DNA of 42,401 bases. Source: Gemmatimonadota bacterium. GTDB taxonomy: Bacteria > Gemmatimonadota > Gemmatimonadetes > Gemmatimonadales > GWC2-71-9. This document shows positions 28,044-37,766 of the stretch, one piece after another. The stretch covers positions 1-42,401 of the forward strand of contig QHTZ01000017.1 in the NCBI GenBank assembly GCA_003221005.1, given 5' to 3'. Positions within the stretch are counted from its first letter, which is position 1. The number at the start of each line of letters is the position of its first letter. A program made the position numbers and the translations under genes. The notes under the pieces were generated by a model. That model saw only the letters and a list, made by a program, of their open reading frames with translations. It did no database searches and was not told where the DNA came from.

Positions 28044-30445
28044 TCGTGTCACGCCGCTGGCTCGAGGCGCTGCTCGGGCGCGCGCTCGACCCGCAGGACC
28101 TGGAGCGGCGCCTGGGCATGCTCGGCGCTCCGGTCGAGGGGATCGTTCCGCTGCACCAGGATCTTGCGGACGTGCGTGTCGCCCGCGTCCTCGAAGTCAA
28201 GCAGCACCCCAACGCCGACCGGCTCACGCTCTGTCTCGTGGACGTCGGCGGATCGGGAGGAGCAGGGCCGGTCGAGGTGGTGTGTGGCGCGCCGAACGTG
28301 CAAGCGGGAAAGAAATATCCCTACGCCGCCGTCGGCGCAGTGCTGCCCGGCGGCGCGAAGCTCGAGCGCAAGAAGATCCGCGGCGTCGAGTCGAACGGCA
28401 TGCTCTGCTCGGCCAAGGAGCTCGGCCTCGGCGAAGACCACGCGGGGATTCTCGAGCTCGACACCGACGCCCCGCCCGGCACGCCCTTCCTCGACGCCTA
28501 CCCGATCGCCGACCATCAGATCGTCATCGAAGTGACCGCGAACCGGCCGGACCTGCTCTGTCACAAGGGCGTGGCGCGGGAGCTGGGAGCGTCGTTGGGA
28601 GCGACCATCAAACTGCCGGAGCTACCGGTCGGACGGTCGGACCGTCGGACGGTCGGACCGAACTACCGTCCGGCTGTCCGACGGCCCGACCGGGGAGCGG
28701 TGGATGGAGTGGAGATCCGCCTCGAGGATGCGGAAGGTTGTCCCCGGTACATGGCCGCGGTCATCCGAGGTGTCCGCGTGGGGCCAAGCCCCGCCTGGCT
28801 CGCCGGCCGGCTGGGGAACATCGGCCAGCGCTCCATCAACAACGTGGTGGACGCGACGAACTACATCCTCTTCGAGCTGAACCAGCCGCTGCACGCGTTC
28901 GATCTCGCGCGCCTGCGCGGGCCCGCGGTCGTGATCCGGCGCGCGCGTGCCGGCGAGCGCATCGTCACGCTGGACGGTGTCGAGCGCACACTCACCGCCG
29001 AGATGACGGCCATCTGCGACGCCGAGCGGCCCACCATCGTGGCGGGCGTGATGGGGAGTGCCGAGTCCGAGGTGACGCCCGCGACCACGGATCTCGTCCT
29101 CGAGTGCGCCTATTTCCAGCCCACGCGCATCCGCCGCACACGGCGCGCGCTCGGCCTCTCGAGCGAGTCGAGCTATCGCTTCGAGCGCGGCATCGACCTG
29201 TTCGGCATGCCGGACGCGCTGCGCCGCGCGATCGAGGCGATCGTCGCGGTCGCGGGCGGCGAGGTGCGCGAGGCGCTCGATCTGTGGCCCCAACCGATTC
29301 ACGAGAAGACGATCTTCCTGCGTCCGGAGCGCGTGGCGCAGCTCCTCGGGATGACGGTCGAACGCCGCGATATCGAGCAGCTGCTTTCCGCCATCGGCTT
29401 CGTCGTAGCGCCCAAGGACAGCCGGCTCGCGGTGCAGGTGCCCGGCTGGCGGCCCGACGTGACGCACGAGGTGGACCTGATCGAGGAAACGGCGCGGCTG
29501 AAAGGCTACGGCGCCTTTCCTGACGAGTTGCGTCCGTACCGCCCGGGGACGGTCCCCGATGCACCAATCGAGCGCGCCAAGGAGCGAGTGCGGCAGGCGA
29601 TCGCGCGCGGCGGCTTCTACGAGGCGCGAACGTTCCCCCTCGGCCCGGCTGATGGACCCGACGCGGTCGAGGTGCTGAACCCGTTGTCCGCAGAGGAGGC
29701 GCACCTTCGCACCCGACTGCTCCCGGGCTTGGTGCGCCGGGTGGAGCACAACTGGGCGGGACGAAACAGGGATATTCGGCTGTTCGAGGTGGGGACGGTG
29801 TTCCGACGGGGCACGAGTGGCGTCGCAGAGCGGACAGCTGTCGCGGGTGTGCTGACCGGAGCACGGCGGCCGCCACACTGGACGGAGGGTGCGAAAGTAC
29901 CTGATATGGACATATGGGACTTGAAGCACCACTTTGAGTTAGCTGTCAGGCTGGCGGCCCCCGCGTGCCACGTGCAACCGGCGCCGGGTGGGGCGCTGGG
30001 TTGGGTGGCGGTGAAACGGGGCGGTGGTGGGGATGATGTGGGTGGGTGGGCGGGGGCGCTCGAGGCCGACGCCCCAGTGTGGGCGGCGCCGCTGTTCGGC
30101 TTTGAGGTGCGGCTCGAGGTTGTCGAGCTTGCGCCCGCGTTGTACCGGGCGCTGCCAGTCACGCCGCCGGTGGAGCGGGATGTGGCGCTGGTGTTGCCGC
30201 CCGACGTGACAGCAGAGGCGGTAGCCGGGGTGCTGCACCGCACCAGTGGCACGCTGCTCGAAGCGCTCGACGTGTTCGACGAATACCGCGGCCCCGGGAT
30301 TCCGGCCGACCACCGGAGCGTGGCCTGGCATCTCTCGTTCCGCGATCCGGGCCGCACGCTGCGCGAGGGCGAGGTGGACAAGATTCTCGCGGCGGCAATG
30401 CGGGCCCTGGAGGACGAGCTTGGCGTACGACGGAGAGCGGGCTGA
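28040..30445 (+). CDS. pheT: Phenylalanine-tRNA ligase beta subunit
   Basis: HPNADRL, VCGAPN, NRPDLL, NNVVDATNY, QPLHAFD, RFERG, FDX-ACB C-terminus. Confidence 0.97.
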   Translation: MIVSRRWLEALLGRALDPQDLERRLGMLGAPVEGIVPLHQDLADVRVARVLEVKQHPNADRLTLCLVDVGGSGGAGPVEVVCGAPNVQAGKKYPYAAVGAVLPGGAKLERKKIRGVESNGMLCSAKELGLGEDHAGILELDTDAPPGTPFLDAYPIADHQIVIEVTANRPDLLCHKGVARELGASLGATIKLPELPVGRSDRRTVGPNYRPAVRRPDRGAVDGVEIRLEDAEGCPRYMAAVIRGVRVGPSPAWLAGRLGNIGQRSINNVVDATNYILFELNQPLHAFDLARLRGPAVVIRRARAGERIVTLDGVERTLTAEMTAICDAERPTIVAGVMGSAESEVTPATTDLVLECAYFQPTRIRRTRRALGLSSESSYRFERGIDLFGMPDALRRAIEAIVAVAGGEVREALDLWPQPIHEKTIFLRPERVAQLLGMTVERRDIEQLLSAIGFVVAPKDSRLAVQVPGWRPDVTHEVDLIEETARLKGYGAFPDELRPYRPGTVPDAPIERAKERVRQAIARGGFYEARTFPLGPADGPDAVEVLNPLSAEEAHLRTRLLPGLVRRVEHNWAGRNRDIRLFEVGTVFRRGTSGVAERTAVAGVLTGARRPPHWTEGAKVPDMDIWDLKHHFELAVRLAAPACHVQPAPGGALGWVAVKRGGGGDDVGGWAGALEADAPVWAAPLFGFEVRLEVVELAPALYRALPVTPPVERDVALVLPPDVTAEAVAGVLHRTSGTLLEALDVFDEYRGPGIPADHRSVAWHLSFRDPGRTLREGEVDKILAAAMRALEDELGVRRRAG
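28625..28693. repeat. Inverted octamer-array hairpin (GGTCGGAC / CCGTCCGA), in frame in pheT
   Basis: cc ggtcggac ggtcggac cgtcggac ggtcggac cg aacta ccgtccgg ctgtccga cggcccga ccgg. Confidence 0.9.
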
Positions 30446-30812
30446 CGCGCGGGCATTGGACCAGCTGGAGACAGTGCTCCGCTACGTGGCCGACGAATTG
30501 TCGGCCTGGCACGCGCGCGCCCTCAAGATCGAGGCTGAGCTGCGGGAGCACCAGGGCGGGGGCCAGCCGCGCAGCGCCACCGCCGTTCGCCTCGACCCCG
30601 AAGTGCGGAACCGCATCGCGGAGCTGGAACAGGAGAATAAGCAGCTGCGGCAGCGCGTCGAGGCGGCGCGCACCCGGGTTGGCGAGCTGCTCGGGCGGCT
30701 CACGTTCCTGGAGGACCAGGCGCGCGAGCCGGGCGGTAGTGGCAACGGTGGCGGGCGTGGGGTCACGAGCGGGAGTGGAGGGGGAGGGGGAGGGGGAGGG
30801 AGCGCCTCGTGA
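30420..30812 (+). CDS. Coiled-coil protein (ZapB-like position), Gly-rich tail
   Basis: Heptad pattern IAELEQENKQLRQRVE; lies between pheT and zapA. Confidence 0.7.
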   Translation: MAYDGERADARALDQLETVLRYVADELSAWHARALKIEAELREHQGGGQPRSATAVRLDPEVRNRIAELEQENKQLRQRVEAARTRVGELLGRLTFLEDQAREPGGSGNGGGRGVTSGSGGGGGGGGSAS

Positions 30813-31117
30813 GTACGAAGAAGCACGCCGTCAAGGTGATGATCGGCGGCGAGGAGTACACCGTTCGCTCCGACCTACCGCCCGAGTACACGCGTGAGGT
30901 GGCGGCGTACGTCGATCAGGCCCTCAAGAAAGTACTGGCCCAGGGGCCGATCGTGGAGATCCACAAGGCGGCGATTCTCGCGGCGCTCGACATCACGAAC
31001 GAGCTGTTCCAGGCGAAGAAGGGTGAGCGCGAGGTGGCGGCGCGGCTGACGGCGCTGGCCGACGATCTGGTGAAGATGCTGCCGCCGGCGAAGCGGAAGC
31101 TGGTGGCGTTGCCGTAG
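30809..31117 (+). CDS. zapA: Cell division protein ZapA
   Basis: VKVMIGGEEYTV, VAAYVD, AILAALDITNELF. Confidence 0.9.
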   Translation: MSTKKHAVKVMIGGEEYTVRSDLPPEYTREVAAYVDQALKKVLAQGPIVEIHKAAILAALDITNELFQAKKGEREVAARLTALADDLVKMLPPAKRKLVALP

Positions 31118-31177
31118 CGACGGAAAATCGTCACGCGCCGAGGCGTTCCGCCGGGCGCGCTGCTGGAGATAGATGCG

Positions 31178-32692
31178 ATGTTCGACTGGATGAGTGTCCT
31201 GGGGGCCCTCGCGGGCGGCGCCGTGGCCGCCGGCGCGGCGTTGTACCTGGTGGGGCGGCGCGTCGAGCGCCGGGCGGCGACCGCGGCGGCGCAGGCGGCG
31301 GCCGTCGCGAGCGAGCGGCTGCTCGAGGAGGCGCGCCAGCGTCTGGTGCTCGCGGCCAAGGAGGACGTGCTCCAGGCGCGCGAAGTGTTCGAGCAGGAGG
31401 CGTCGCGCCGCCGGCGGGAAATGGAGCGGCGCGAGGCGACGCTCGACGAACGCCTCGCCGCGCTGGAAGAGCGGGAAGCGCGGCTCCACCAGCGCGACCG
31501 CGCGCTCGACGCCCGCGAGCAGGCGCTGGCCGCCCAGGAGCTGGAGGCGCGGGCGCAGCTCGAGCGGCTCTGCGGTCTCACGGCGCAGGAAGCGAAGCAA
31601 GAGCTGCTGCACCGCCTGGAGGGCGAGGCGCGCAGCGAGGCCGCGGCGCTGCTGCGCGACCTGCGGGAGCAGGCCCGCAAGAGCGCCCAGCGCGAGGCAC
31701 AGAAGATCGTCGCCGTCGCGATCCAGCGGATGGCGACTGAGCACACGGCCGAATCCACCGTGGCCGCCGTCGCGCTCCCCTCCGACGAGATGAAGGGACG
31801 AATCATCGGGCGCGAGGGGCGGAACATCCGCGCCTTCGAAGCGGCGACCGGGGTCGACGTCATCATCGATGACACTCCTGACACCGTCGTAGTGTCCTGC
31901 TTCGACCCCGAGCGGCGCGAGGTGGGGCGGCTCGCGCTCGAGCGGCTGATCTCGGATGGGCGCATCCATCCGGGGCGCATCGAGGAGATTGTCGCCAAGG
32001 CGCGGGAGGAGGTGGAGGCCGCCGTCGTCGAGGCGGGCGAGCAGGCGGCCTACGAGGTCGGGATCCATGGCCTGCACCCGGAGCTGGTCAAGCTCCTGGG
32101 TCGCATGCGCTACCGCACTTCCTACGGGCAGAACATGCTCCAGCACTCGAAGGAGGTCGCCTGGCTCGCGGGCATCATGGCGGCCGAGCTCAAGCTCGAC
32201 ACCGAGCTCGCCAAGCGGGGAGCCCTGCTCCACGACATCGGGAAAGTGCTGACGCACGAGCACGACGGCACGCACGTGCAGCTCGGGGTCGAGGTGGCCA
32301 CGAAGTACGGCGAGCACCCTGTGGTCGTCAATTGCATCGCCGCGCACCACGACGACGTCGCTCACGAGTCGCCGATCAGCGTCATCGTGCAGGCGGCGGA
32401 CGCCGTGTCCGGGTCGCGCCCCGGCGCCCGGCGCGAGGCGTTCGAGACCTACGTCAAACGGCTCACCCAGCTCGAGCAGATCGCCGCCGAATACCCCGGC
32501 GTCGAGAAGGTATTCGCGATCCAGGCGGGCCGGGAAGTGCGGGTGGTCGTGACGCCCGAGGCGATCGACGACGGCAAGGCGTGCGCGCTGTCGGAGCAGA
32601 TCGCCCGTCGCATCGAGCGCGACCTCCAGTATCCCGGTCAGATCAAGGTGGTGGTCATTCGCGAGACGCGAGCAGTGGACTTTGCCCGCTAG
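31178..32692 (+). CDS. rny: Ribonuclease Y
   Basis: N-terminal TM and coiled coil, KH (MKGRIIGREGRNIR), HD (LLHDIGK), SRPGARRE. Confidence 0.97.
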   Translation: MFDWMSVLGALAGGAVAAGAALYLVGRRVERRAATAAAQAAAVASERLLEEARQRLVLAAKEDVLQAREVFEQEASRRRREMERREATLDERLAALEEREARLHQRDRALDAREQALAAQELEARAQLERLCGLTAQEAKQELLHRLEGEARSEAAALLRDLREQARKSAQREAQKIVAVAIQRMATEHTAESTVAAVALPSDEMKGRIIGREGRNIRAFEAATGVDVIIDDTPDTVVVSCFDPERREVGRLALERLISDGRIHPGRIEEIVAKAREEVEAAVVEAGEQAAYEVGIHGLHPELVKLLGRMRYRTSYGQNMLQHSKEVAWLAGIMAAELKLDTELAKRGALLHDIGKVLTHEHDGTHVQLGVEVATKYGEHPVVVNCIAAHHDDVAHESPISVIVQAADAVSGSRPGARREAFETYVKRLTQLEQIAAEYPGVEKVFAIQAGREVRVVVTPEAIDDGKACALSEQIARRIERDLQYPGQIKVVVIRETRAVDFAR

Positions 32693-33572
32693 GGTAATTG
32701 ATGGCACGGCGGTGGGCGGCGCGATGCGCGCCGAGCTCGCGGGGGAAATCGCAGCGCTGCGCCGCCGGGGCGTGACCCCGGGGCTCGCGGCCGTGCTGGT
32801 GGGCGACAACCCGGCCTCGCACGCGTATGTGCAGATGAAGGGACGGGCGTGCGACGAAGCTGGCCTCTTCCACGAAACCCTCCGGCTCCCCGCGGCGACC
32901 CCGGAAGACGAGCTCGTGGCGCTCGTGGACCGGCTGAACGGCGATCCCCGGATCCACGGCATCCTCGTGCAGCTGCCGCTGCCGCCCCAGGTCGACGCCC
33001 GGCGCGTGCTGCACCGCGTGGATCCCCGCAAGGACGTGGACGGCTTCCATCCGGAAAACGTCGGCAAGGTGGCGATGGGCGATCCCTCGGGGTTCCGTCC
33101 CGCCACGCCCTACGGTGTGCAGCAGCTCCTCATCCGCAGCGGCATCGAGACCAAGGGCCGCCACGCGGTGGTGGTGGGGCGCTCGCTCGTGGTCGGCCGC
33201 CCGATGGCGTCGCTGCTGCTGCAGGACGGCCCCGGGGGCAACGCGACAGTGACCGTGTGCCACTCGCGCACGCGCGACATCGGGTCCGTCACGCGGCTCG
33301 CCGATATCCTTATCGTGGCAATGGGCAAGCCCGAGTTCATCACGGGCGACATGGTCAAGCCCGGGGCCGTAGTGATCGACGTGGGTGTGAACCGCGTGGA
33401 CGACCCGACTCACAAGAAGGGGTATCGCCTCGTCGGTGACGTGAACTTTGCCGAGGCGCGCGCTGTGGCGGAGGCGATCACTCCTGTCCCAGGGGGCGTG
33501 GGGCCGATGACGATCACGATGTTGCTCCATAACACGGTGCAGGCGGCGCGGCAGTGGGTGCCGGCAGCGTAG
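32682..33572 (+). CDS. folD: Bifunctional methylene-THF dehydrogenase/cyclohydrolase
   Basis: HGILVQLPLP, KDVDGFHP, TPVPGGVGPMT. Confidence 0.97.
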   Translation: MPARVIDGTAVGGAMRAELAGEIAALRRRGVTPGLAAVLVGDNPASHAYVQMKGRACDEAGLFHETLRLPAATPEDELVALVDRLNGDPRIHGILVQLPLPPQVDARRVLHRVDPRKDVDGFHPENVGKVAMGDPSGFRPATPYGVQQLLIRSGIETKGRHAVVVGRSLVVGRPMASLLLQDGPGGNATVTVCHSRTRDIGSVTRLADILIVAMGKPEFITGDMVKPGAVVIDVGVNRVDDPTHKKGYRLVGDVNFAEARAVAEAITPVPGGVGPMTITMLLHNTVQAARQWVPAA

Positions 33573-34631
33573 ACCTCTTCGCCGCCGCCTCCGCCGAAGG
33601 GGCCTGGACGGTGGGGGAGGTGACCCGCCGGGCGCGCGCGGTGGTCGAGGCCGGGCTGCCGCCGCTGTGGGTGCGCGGTGAGGTCTCCGGCTTCAAGCGC
33701 TGGCAGAGCGGTCACTGGTACTTCGCCCTGCGCGACCGCACGGCGCAGCTCCGCTGCGTCATGTTCGCGCGCGAGAACCGGCGCCTCCCGGCGGCCCCCG
33801 CGGACGGCATGCAAGTCTTCGCGTTCGGACGGCCCACGGTGTGGGAAGAGAAGGGGGAGCTCCGCCTCACCGTTCTGGAGCTGCTCTCGACGGAAGCCGC
33901 TCCCCGGGTACGCGCAGCGCATCGCCGTCATCACGAGTCCCGACGCGGCCGCGCTCACGGACATCGTGGCCGTGGTCGAGCGCCGCTGGCCGGTCGCCGA
34001 GCTGCTCGTCGTCCCGACGCGCGTGCAGGGCGACGGTGCGGAGGCGGAGATCTGCGCCGCGTTCCGAGCGATCGGGCGCATCGCGGGGCTTGACGTCGTC
34101 ATCGTGGGTCGCGGCGGCGGTTCCAAAGAGGACCTGTGGACGTTCAACAGCGAGCGCGTCGCCCGGGCGGTGGCCGCGGCGCCCGTTCCCGTCATCTCCG
34201 CGGTCGGGCACGAGACGGACGTGACGCTGTGCGACCTCGTGGCCGACTACCGAGCTGCGACGCCGTCCGCGGCCGCCGCCGCGGCGACGCCTGATCGGGC
34301 GGAGGTGCTCGATCACCTGGCGCAGGTCGGCGCGCGGCTGGGACGCGCGGTGGCGGGTCGAGTCGACCTCGCGGGGCAGCGAGTGGAGCGCTCCCTCGAC
34401 CGGCTGGCCGGCACAATGACGCTGCGCGTCGAGCGGCACCGCCACCGGCTTGCCGCGTTGAGCGGCCGGCTCGACGCACTCTCACCGCTCAAGATCCTGG
34501 AACGGGGTTACGCCCTCGCCCGCGATGCTGAGGACCGGCTGCTCACGCGGGTGGCGCAGTTCCCGCCCGGACTTGCCTTCCGGCTCCGGGTGTCGGACGG
34601 CGAGGTGCGGGCGCGCGTCGCCGGCCCATGA
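33554..34631 (+). pseudogene. xseA: Exodeoxyribonuclease VII large subunit, frameshifted near 33895
   Basis: N-terminal OB fold (WVRGEVSG, SGHWYFALRD) in one frame; IAVITS, RGGGSKEDLW, SAVGHETD, ATPSAAA, LSPLKILERGY in another. Confidence 0.85.
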
Positions 34632-34843
34632 GCCCCCCCCCTCCTCCCGCGTCGCCGACGTTCGCTGAACAGCTCGAGCGCTTGGAGGAGATCGTCCGGC
34701 GGCTCGAGTCTCAGGAGCTCGATCTCGACGAATCCCTCAAGCTGTTCGAGGAGGGCATCGAGCGGCTCCGCGCGGTGCGCGAGCGACTCACCGCGGCCGA
34801 AGCGAAGGTCAAGCAGATCCTCGGTGAAGACTTCGACCGTTAG
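34628..34843 (+). CDS. xseB: Exodeoxyribonuclease VII small subunit
   Basis: LEEIVRRLE..ELDLDESLKLFEEG. Confidence 0.95.
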   Translation: MSPPPPPASPTFAEQLERLEEIVRRLESQELDLDESLKLFEEGIERLRAVRERLTAAEAKVKQILGEDFDR

Positions 34844-35738
34844 CCGCGGGCTCGCGGGATATCTGGCCGACGCCCGGGCGCGGGTTGACGCCGTGCTCGC
34901 CCACTGGGGGGAGCACTCGGGCGGCCTGTGGCCGGAGACGGTGGCGGCGGCGATGCGCTACAGCCTGCTGGGTGCGGGGAAGCGGCTCCGGCCAACGCTG
35001 GTGCTGGCCGCGTACGAGGCCGTGGGCGGCACGGCGCCGGCCATCGCGGAACTCGCGGCCGCGATTGAGGTGGTGCACGCGTACTCCCTGGTGCACGACG
35101 ACCTGCCCTGCATGGACGACGACGATCTGCGCCGCGGTCGGGCGACGACGCACCGGGCGTTCGACGTCGCCACGGCGACTCGGGCCGGCTTCCACATGGT
35201 TGCCCTGGCGGCCGCAGTGCTGGCACGCGGGATGGAGGCCCTCGCGCTCGATGCCGACCGCCGGGGCGCGGTGGCGTTAGAGCTGTTCCGCGCCGCGGGG
35301 GCGGGTGGGATGATCGGCGGCCAGGCGCTCGATCTCGCAGCGGAGGGGCAGGCCCTGCCTGTTGAAGGGTTGGAGGAGGTGCACCGGCGCAAGACGGGCG
35401 CGCTCATCGCCGCGTCGTGCGCGATCGGGGGGCTCGCGGCGGGGGCTCCCCCAGCGGCGGCGGAAGCGCTGCGCGGCTACGGCGCGCGGGTGGGGCTTGC
35501 CTTCCAGATCTACGACGACGTCCTCGACGCCACGGCGACCTCCGCAGAGCTCGGCAAGACGGCGGGAAAGGACGCCGCCCGCGCCAAATCCACGTTCGTG
35601 ACGGTGCTCGGCGTCGGCGCTGCGCGCGCGGAAGCCGAGCGGCTCGCGGCGCTGGCCGTAGACCACCTGCGGCAGGCGGGGTTAGTTTCTCCCGTACTCG
35701 TGGAACTTGCCCACTACATCGTGACGCGGCCGAACTAA
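34824..35738 (+). CDS. ispA: Polyprenyl (farnesyl/geranylgeranyl) diphosphate synthase
   Basis: GKRLRP, SLVHDDLPCMDDDDLRRG, GQALD, KTGAL, FQIYDD. Confidence 0.93.
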   Translation: MKTSTVSRGLAGYLADARARVDAVLAHWGEHSGGLWPETVAAAMRYSLLGAGKRLRPTLVLAAYEAVGGTAPAIAELAAAIEVVHAYSLVHDDLPCMDDDDLRRGRATTHRAFDVATATRAGFHMVALAAAVLARGMEALALDADRRGAVALELFRAAGAGGMIGGQALDLAAEGQALPVEGLEEVHRRKTGALIAASCAIGGLAAGAPPAAAEALRGYGARVGLAFQIYDDVLDATATSAELGKTAGKDAARAKSTFVTVLGVGAARAEAERLAALAVDHLRQAGLVSPVLVELAHYIVTRPN

Positions 35739-35744
35739 CTAAAT

Positions 35745-35848
35745 GAATGCGGAATGCGGAATTCGGAATGCGGAATCGAAATGGAGTGTCGTTCGCGGCA
35801 CGACGCTCCACCTGACATTCCGCATTCCGCATTCCACGTTCCGCATTC
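35745..35848. repeat. Intergenic inverted heptamer-array hairpin (ispA-dxs)
   Basis: gaatgcg gaatgcg gaattcg gaatgcg gaat / inner stem tggagtgtcgt..acgacgctcca / cattccg cattccg cattcca cgttccg cattc. Confidence 0.95.
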
Positions 35849-35858
35849 CCGAAGCCTG

Positions 35859-37766
35859 ATGGCGCTCCTCGAATCCATTCGCGGTCCGGAAGACGTCAGG
35901 CGCTTGGAGCGCGCCCAGCTGCAACCGCTCGCGGATGAGGTGCGCACCCGGCTGATCGATGTCGTGTCCCAGACGGGGGGGCACATCGGGGCGGGACTGG
36001 GCGTCGTGGAGCTCACGGTCGCCTTGTGCTACTGCTTCGACTCGCCGCGCGACAAGATCGTCTGGGACGTGGGGCACCAGGGCTATCCATGGAAGATTCT
36101 CACCGGCCGAAACGATCGCCTTCCGACGCTGCGGCAGATGGGTGGGCTCTCGGGTTTCTTGCGGCGCGGCGAGAGTCCCCACGACCAGTTCGGCGCAGGC
36201 CACGCGGGGACCGGGCTGTCCGCCGCGTACGGGATCGCGGCCGCGCGCGACCTGCGGGGCGAGCAGTTCAAGGTCGTGGCGGTCGTGGGCGACGGCGCCC
36301 TGACGTGCGGCCTTCCCTACGAGGCGATGAACAACGCGGGTCACTCCGGCCGCGACATTATCATGGTGCTGAACGACAACGGCATGTCGATCGCACCCAA
36401 CGTCGGGGCCATCAACAAGTACCTCGGCTCGATCATCGCCAGCCCCATCACGGTCCGGGTGCGCGAGCTCGTGAAGGCCGTGATCGAGCGGGCGTCGCAT
36501 GTCGTCGGTGGGCCCCGCCTCGTCGAGTTCGCGAAGAACGTCGAGGAGAGCATCAAGAACCTCTGGTCCCCGGGCATGCTGTTCGAGGAGCTCGGGTTCC
36601 GCTACTTCGGGCCGATCGACGGGCACAACCTCGAGCAGATGGTGCACACCTTCGAGCTCGTGAAGACCCTGAAAGGCCCCCGGGTCGTCCACGTCCTCAC
36701 CGAAAAGGGGAAGGGGTTCCCCCTCCCCGAGCCGGACCTCGAGAAGTACCACGCCCGCGCGCCCTATGATCCGCTCACGGGACGGCTGAAGCCCGCCAAT
36801 CCCGGCCCGCCGCAATGGACGCGGGTCTTCGGCGAAGCGCTCACCCAGCTCGCGGCGGAGCACGGTGATCTCGTGACGATCACCGCGGCGATGCCGTCGG
36901 GGACCGGGACCAATGTCTTCCAGAAGAAGTGGCCCGAGCGGTTCTTCGACGTGGGGATCGCCGAGGCGCACGCCGTCACGTTCGCCGCCGGGCTGGCGAC
37001 TCAGGGGATGCGCCCAGTGGTCGCCATCTACTCGACCTTCTTGCAGCGCGCTTACGACAGTGTCATCCACGACGTCGCCATCCAGAAGCTGCCGGTCATC
37101 TTCTGTCTCGATCGCGCCGGGATGGTGGGCGAGGACGGGCCGACGCACCAGGGCCTGTATGACATCCCGTACCTGCTCGCGGTGCCCCACATGACGGTCA
37201 CCGCCCCGCGCGACGGCGCCGAGCTGATCGGGCTGCTGCGGTGCGCCCTGGCGCGCGGCGACGGACCCTTCTCGCTGCGCTATCCGCGCGACAAGGCACC
37301 GGCCGAGGCGCCTCCCGCCGCCGAAGTGGCGGCGATCCCGTACGGGACGTGGGAAGTGCTGCGCAAGGGGAAGGATTGCGCTATCCTCGCCGTCGGGGTG
37401 ATGTGCGGGCCCGCGCTCGAAGCAGCCGATCTCCTCGCCGCCGACGGGTGGAATGTCACCGTCGTGAACTGCCGCTTCTTGAAGCCGCTGGACCGCGAGA
37501 TGCTCGACGCGCTGGCGCACGAGCACCGTCTGCTGGTGACGGTCGAGGACGGGACGGTCGTGAACGGCTTCGGCGCGTACGTCGCCGCCGTCGTGCAGAC
37601 CACCGCTCCGCCCCTCGAGGTCCGGGTGGTGCCGCTCGGCGTCCCCGACCGCATCCACGAGCATGCGCCGCGAGCCCACCAGCTCGCCGATGTCGGCCTC
37701 ACCGGCGCCGGGATCGCTGGCCGGGTCCGCGCGCTCGCCGCCCTGGAGTCGCTCGCGCCGTCATGA
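35859..37766 (+). CDS. dxs: 1-deoxy-D-xylulose-5-phosphate synthase
   Basis: GGH..AGLGVVELT, WDVGHQ, GDGA, YSTFLQRAYD, DRAG.VGEDGPTH. Confidence 0.97.
   Translation: MALLESIRGPEDVRRLERAQLQPLADEVRTRLIDVVSQTGGHIGAGLGVVELTVALCYCFDSPRDKIVWDVGHQGYPWKILTGRNDRLPTLRQMGGLSGFLRRGESPHDQFGAGHAGTGLSAAYGIAAARDLRGEQFKVVAVVGDGALTCGLPYEAMNNAGHSGRDIIMVLNDNGMSIAPNVGAINKYLGSIIASPITVRVRELVKAVIERASHVVGGPRLVEFAKNVEESIKNLWSPGMLFEELGFRYFGPIDGHNLEQMVHTFELVKTLKGPRVVHVLTEKGKGFPLPEPDLEKYHARAPYDPLTGRLKPANPGPPQWTRVFGEALTQLAAEHGDLVTITAAMPSGTGTNVFQKKWPERFFDVGIAEAHAVTFAAGLATQGMRPVVAIYSTFLQRAYDSVIHDVAIQKLPVIFCLDRAGMVGEDGPTHQGLYDIPYLLAVPHMTVTAPRDGAELIGLLRCALARGDGPFSLRYPRDKAPAEAPPAAEVAAIPYGTWEVLRKGKDCAILAVGVMCGPALEAADLLAADGWNVTVVNCRFLKPLDREMLDALAHEHRLLVTVEDGTVVNGFGAYVAAVVQTTAPPLEVRVVPLGVPDRIHEHAPRAHQLADVGLTGAGIAGRVRALAALESLAPS

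Noticed and set aside
30779-30802. (GGGGGA)n tract, possible G-quadruplex; also (CCCTCT)3 near 10750
   Set aside because: Explained as a low-complexity Gly tail or simple repeat; no partner arm or other support.
31118-31177. 6S RNA, often found after zapA
   Set aside because: The intergenic gap is only 60 bp.
32765-32785. REP-like ccggggcgtgaccccgggg in folD
   Set aside because: Encodes the conserved G.TPGLA FolD motif; probably chance at high GC.
15774-33106. Long minus-strand ORFs (e.g. 15774..18095, 20313..21995, 30875..33106)
   Set aside because: Shadows of well-supported + strand genes in GC-rich DNA, with no recognisable motifs.
35754-35858. N-terminal extension of Dxs (MRNSECG...) and the similar one for ArcA
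   Set aside because: Starts come from ATG/TTG inside repeat arms; the conserved N-termini begin at 35859 and 23565.
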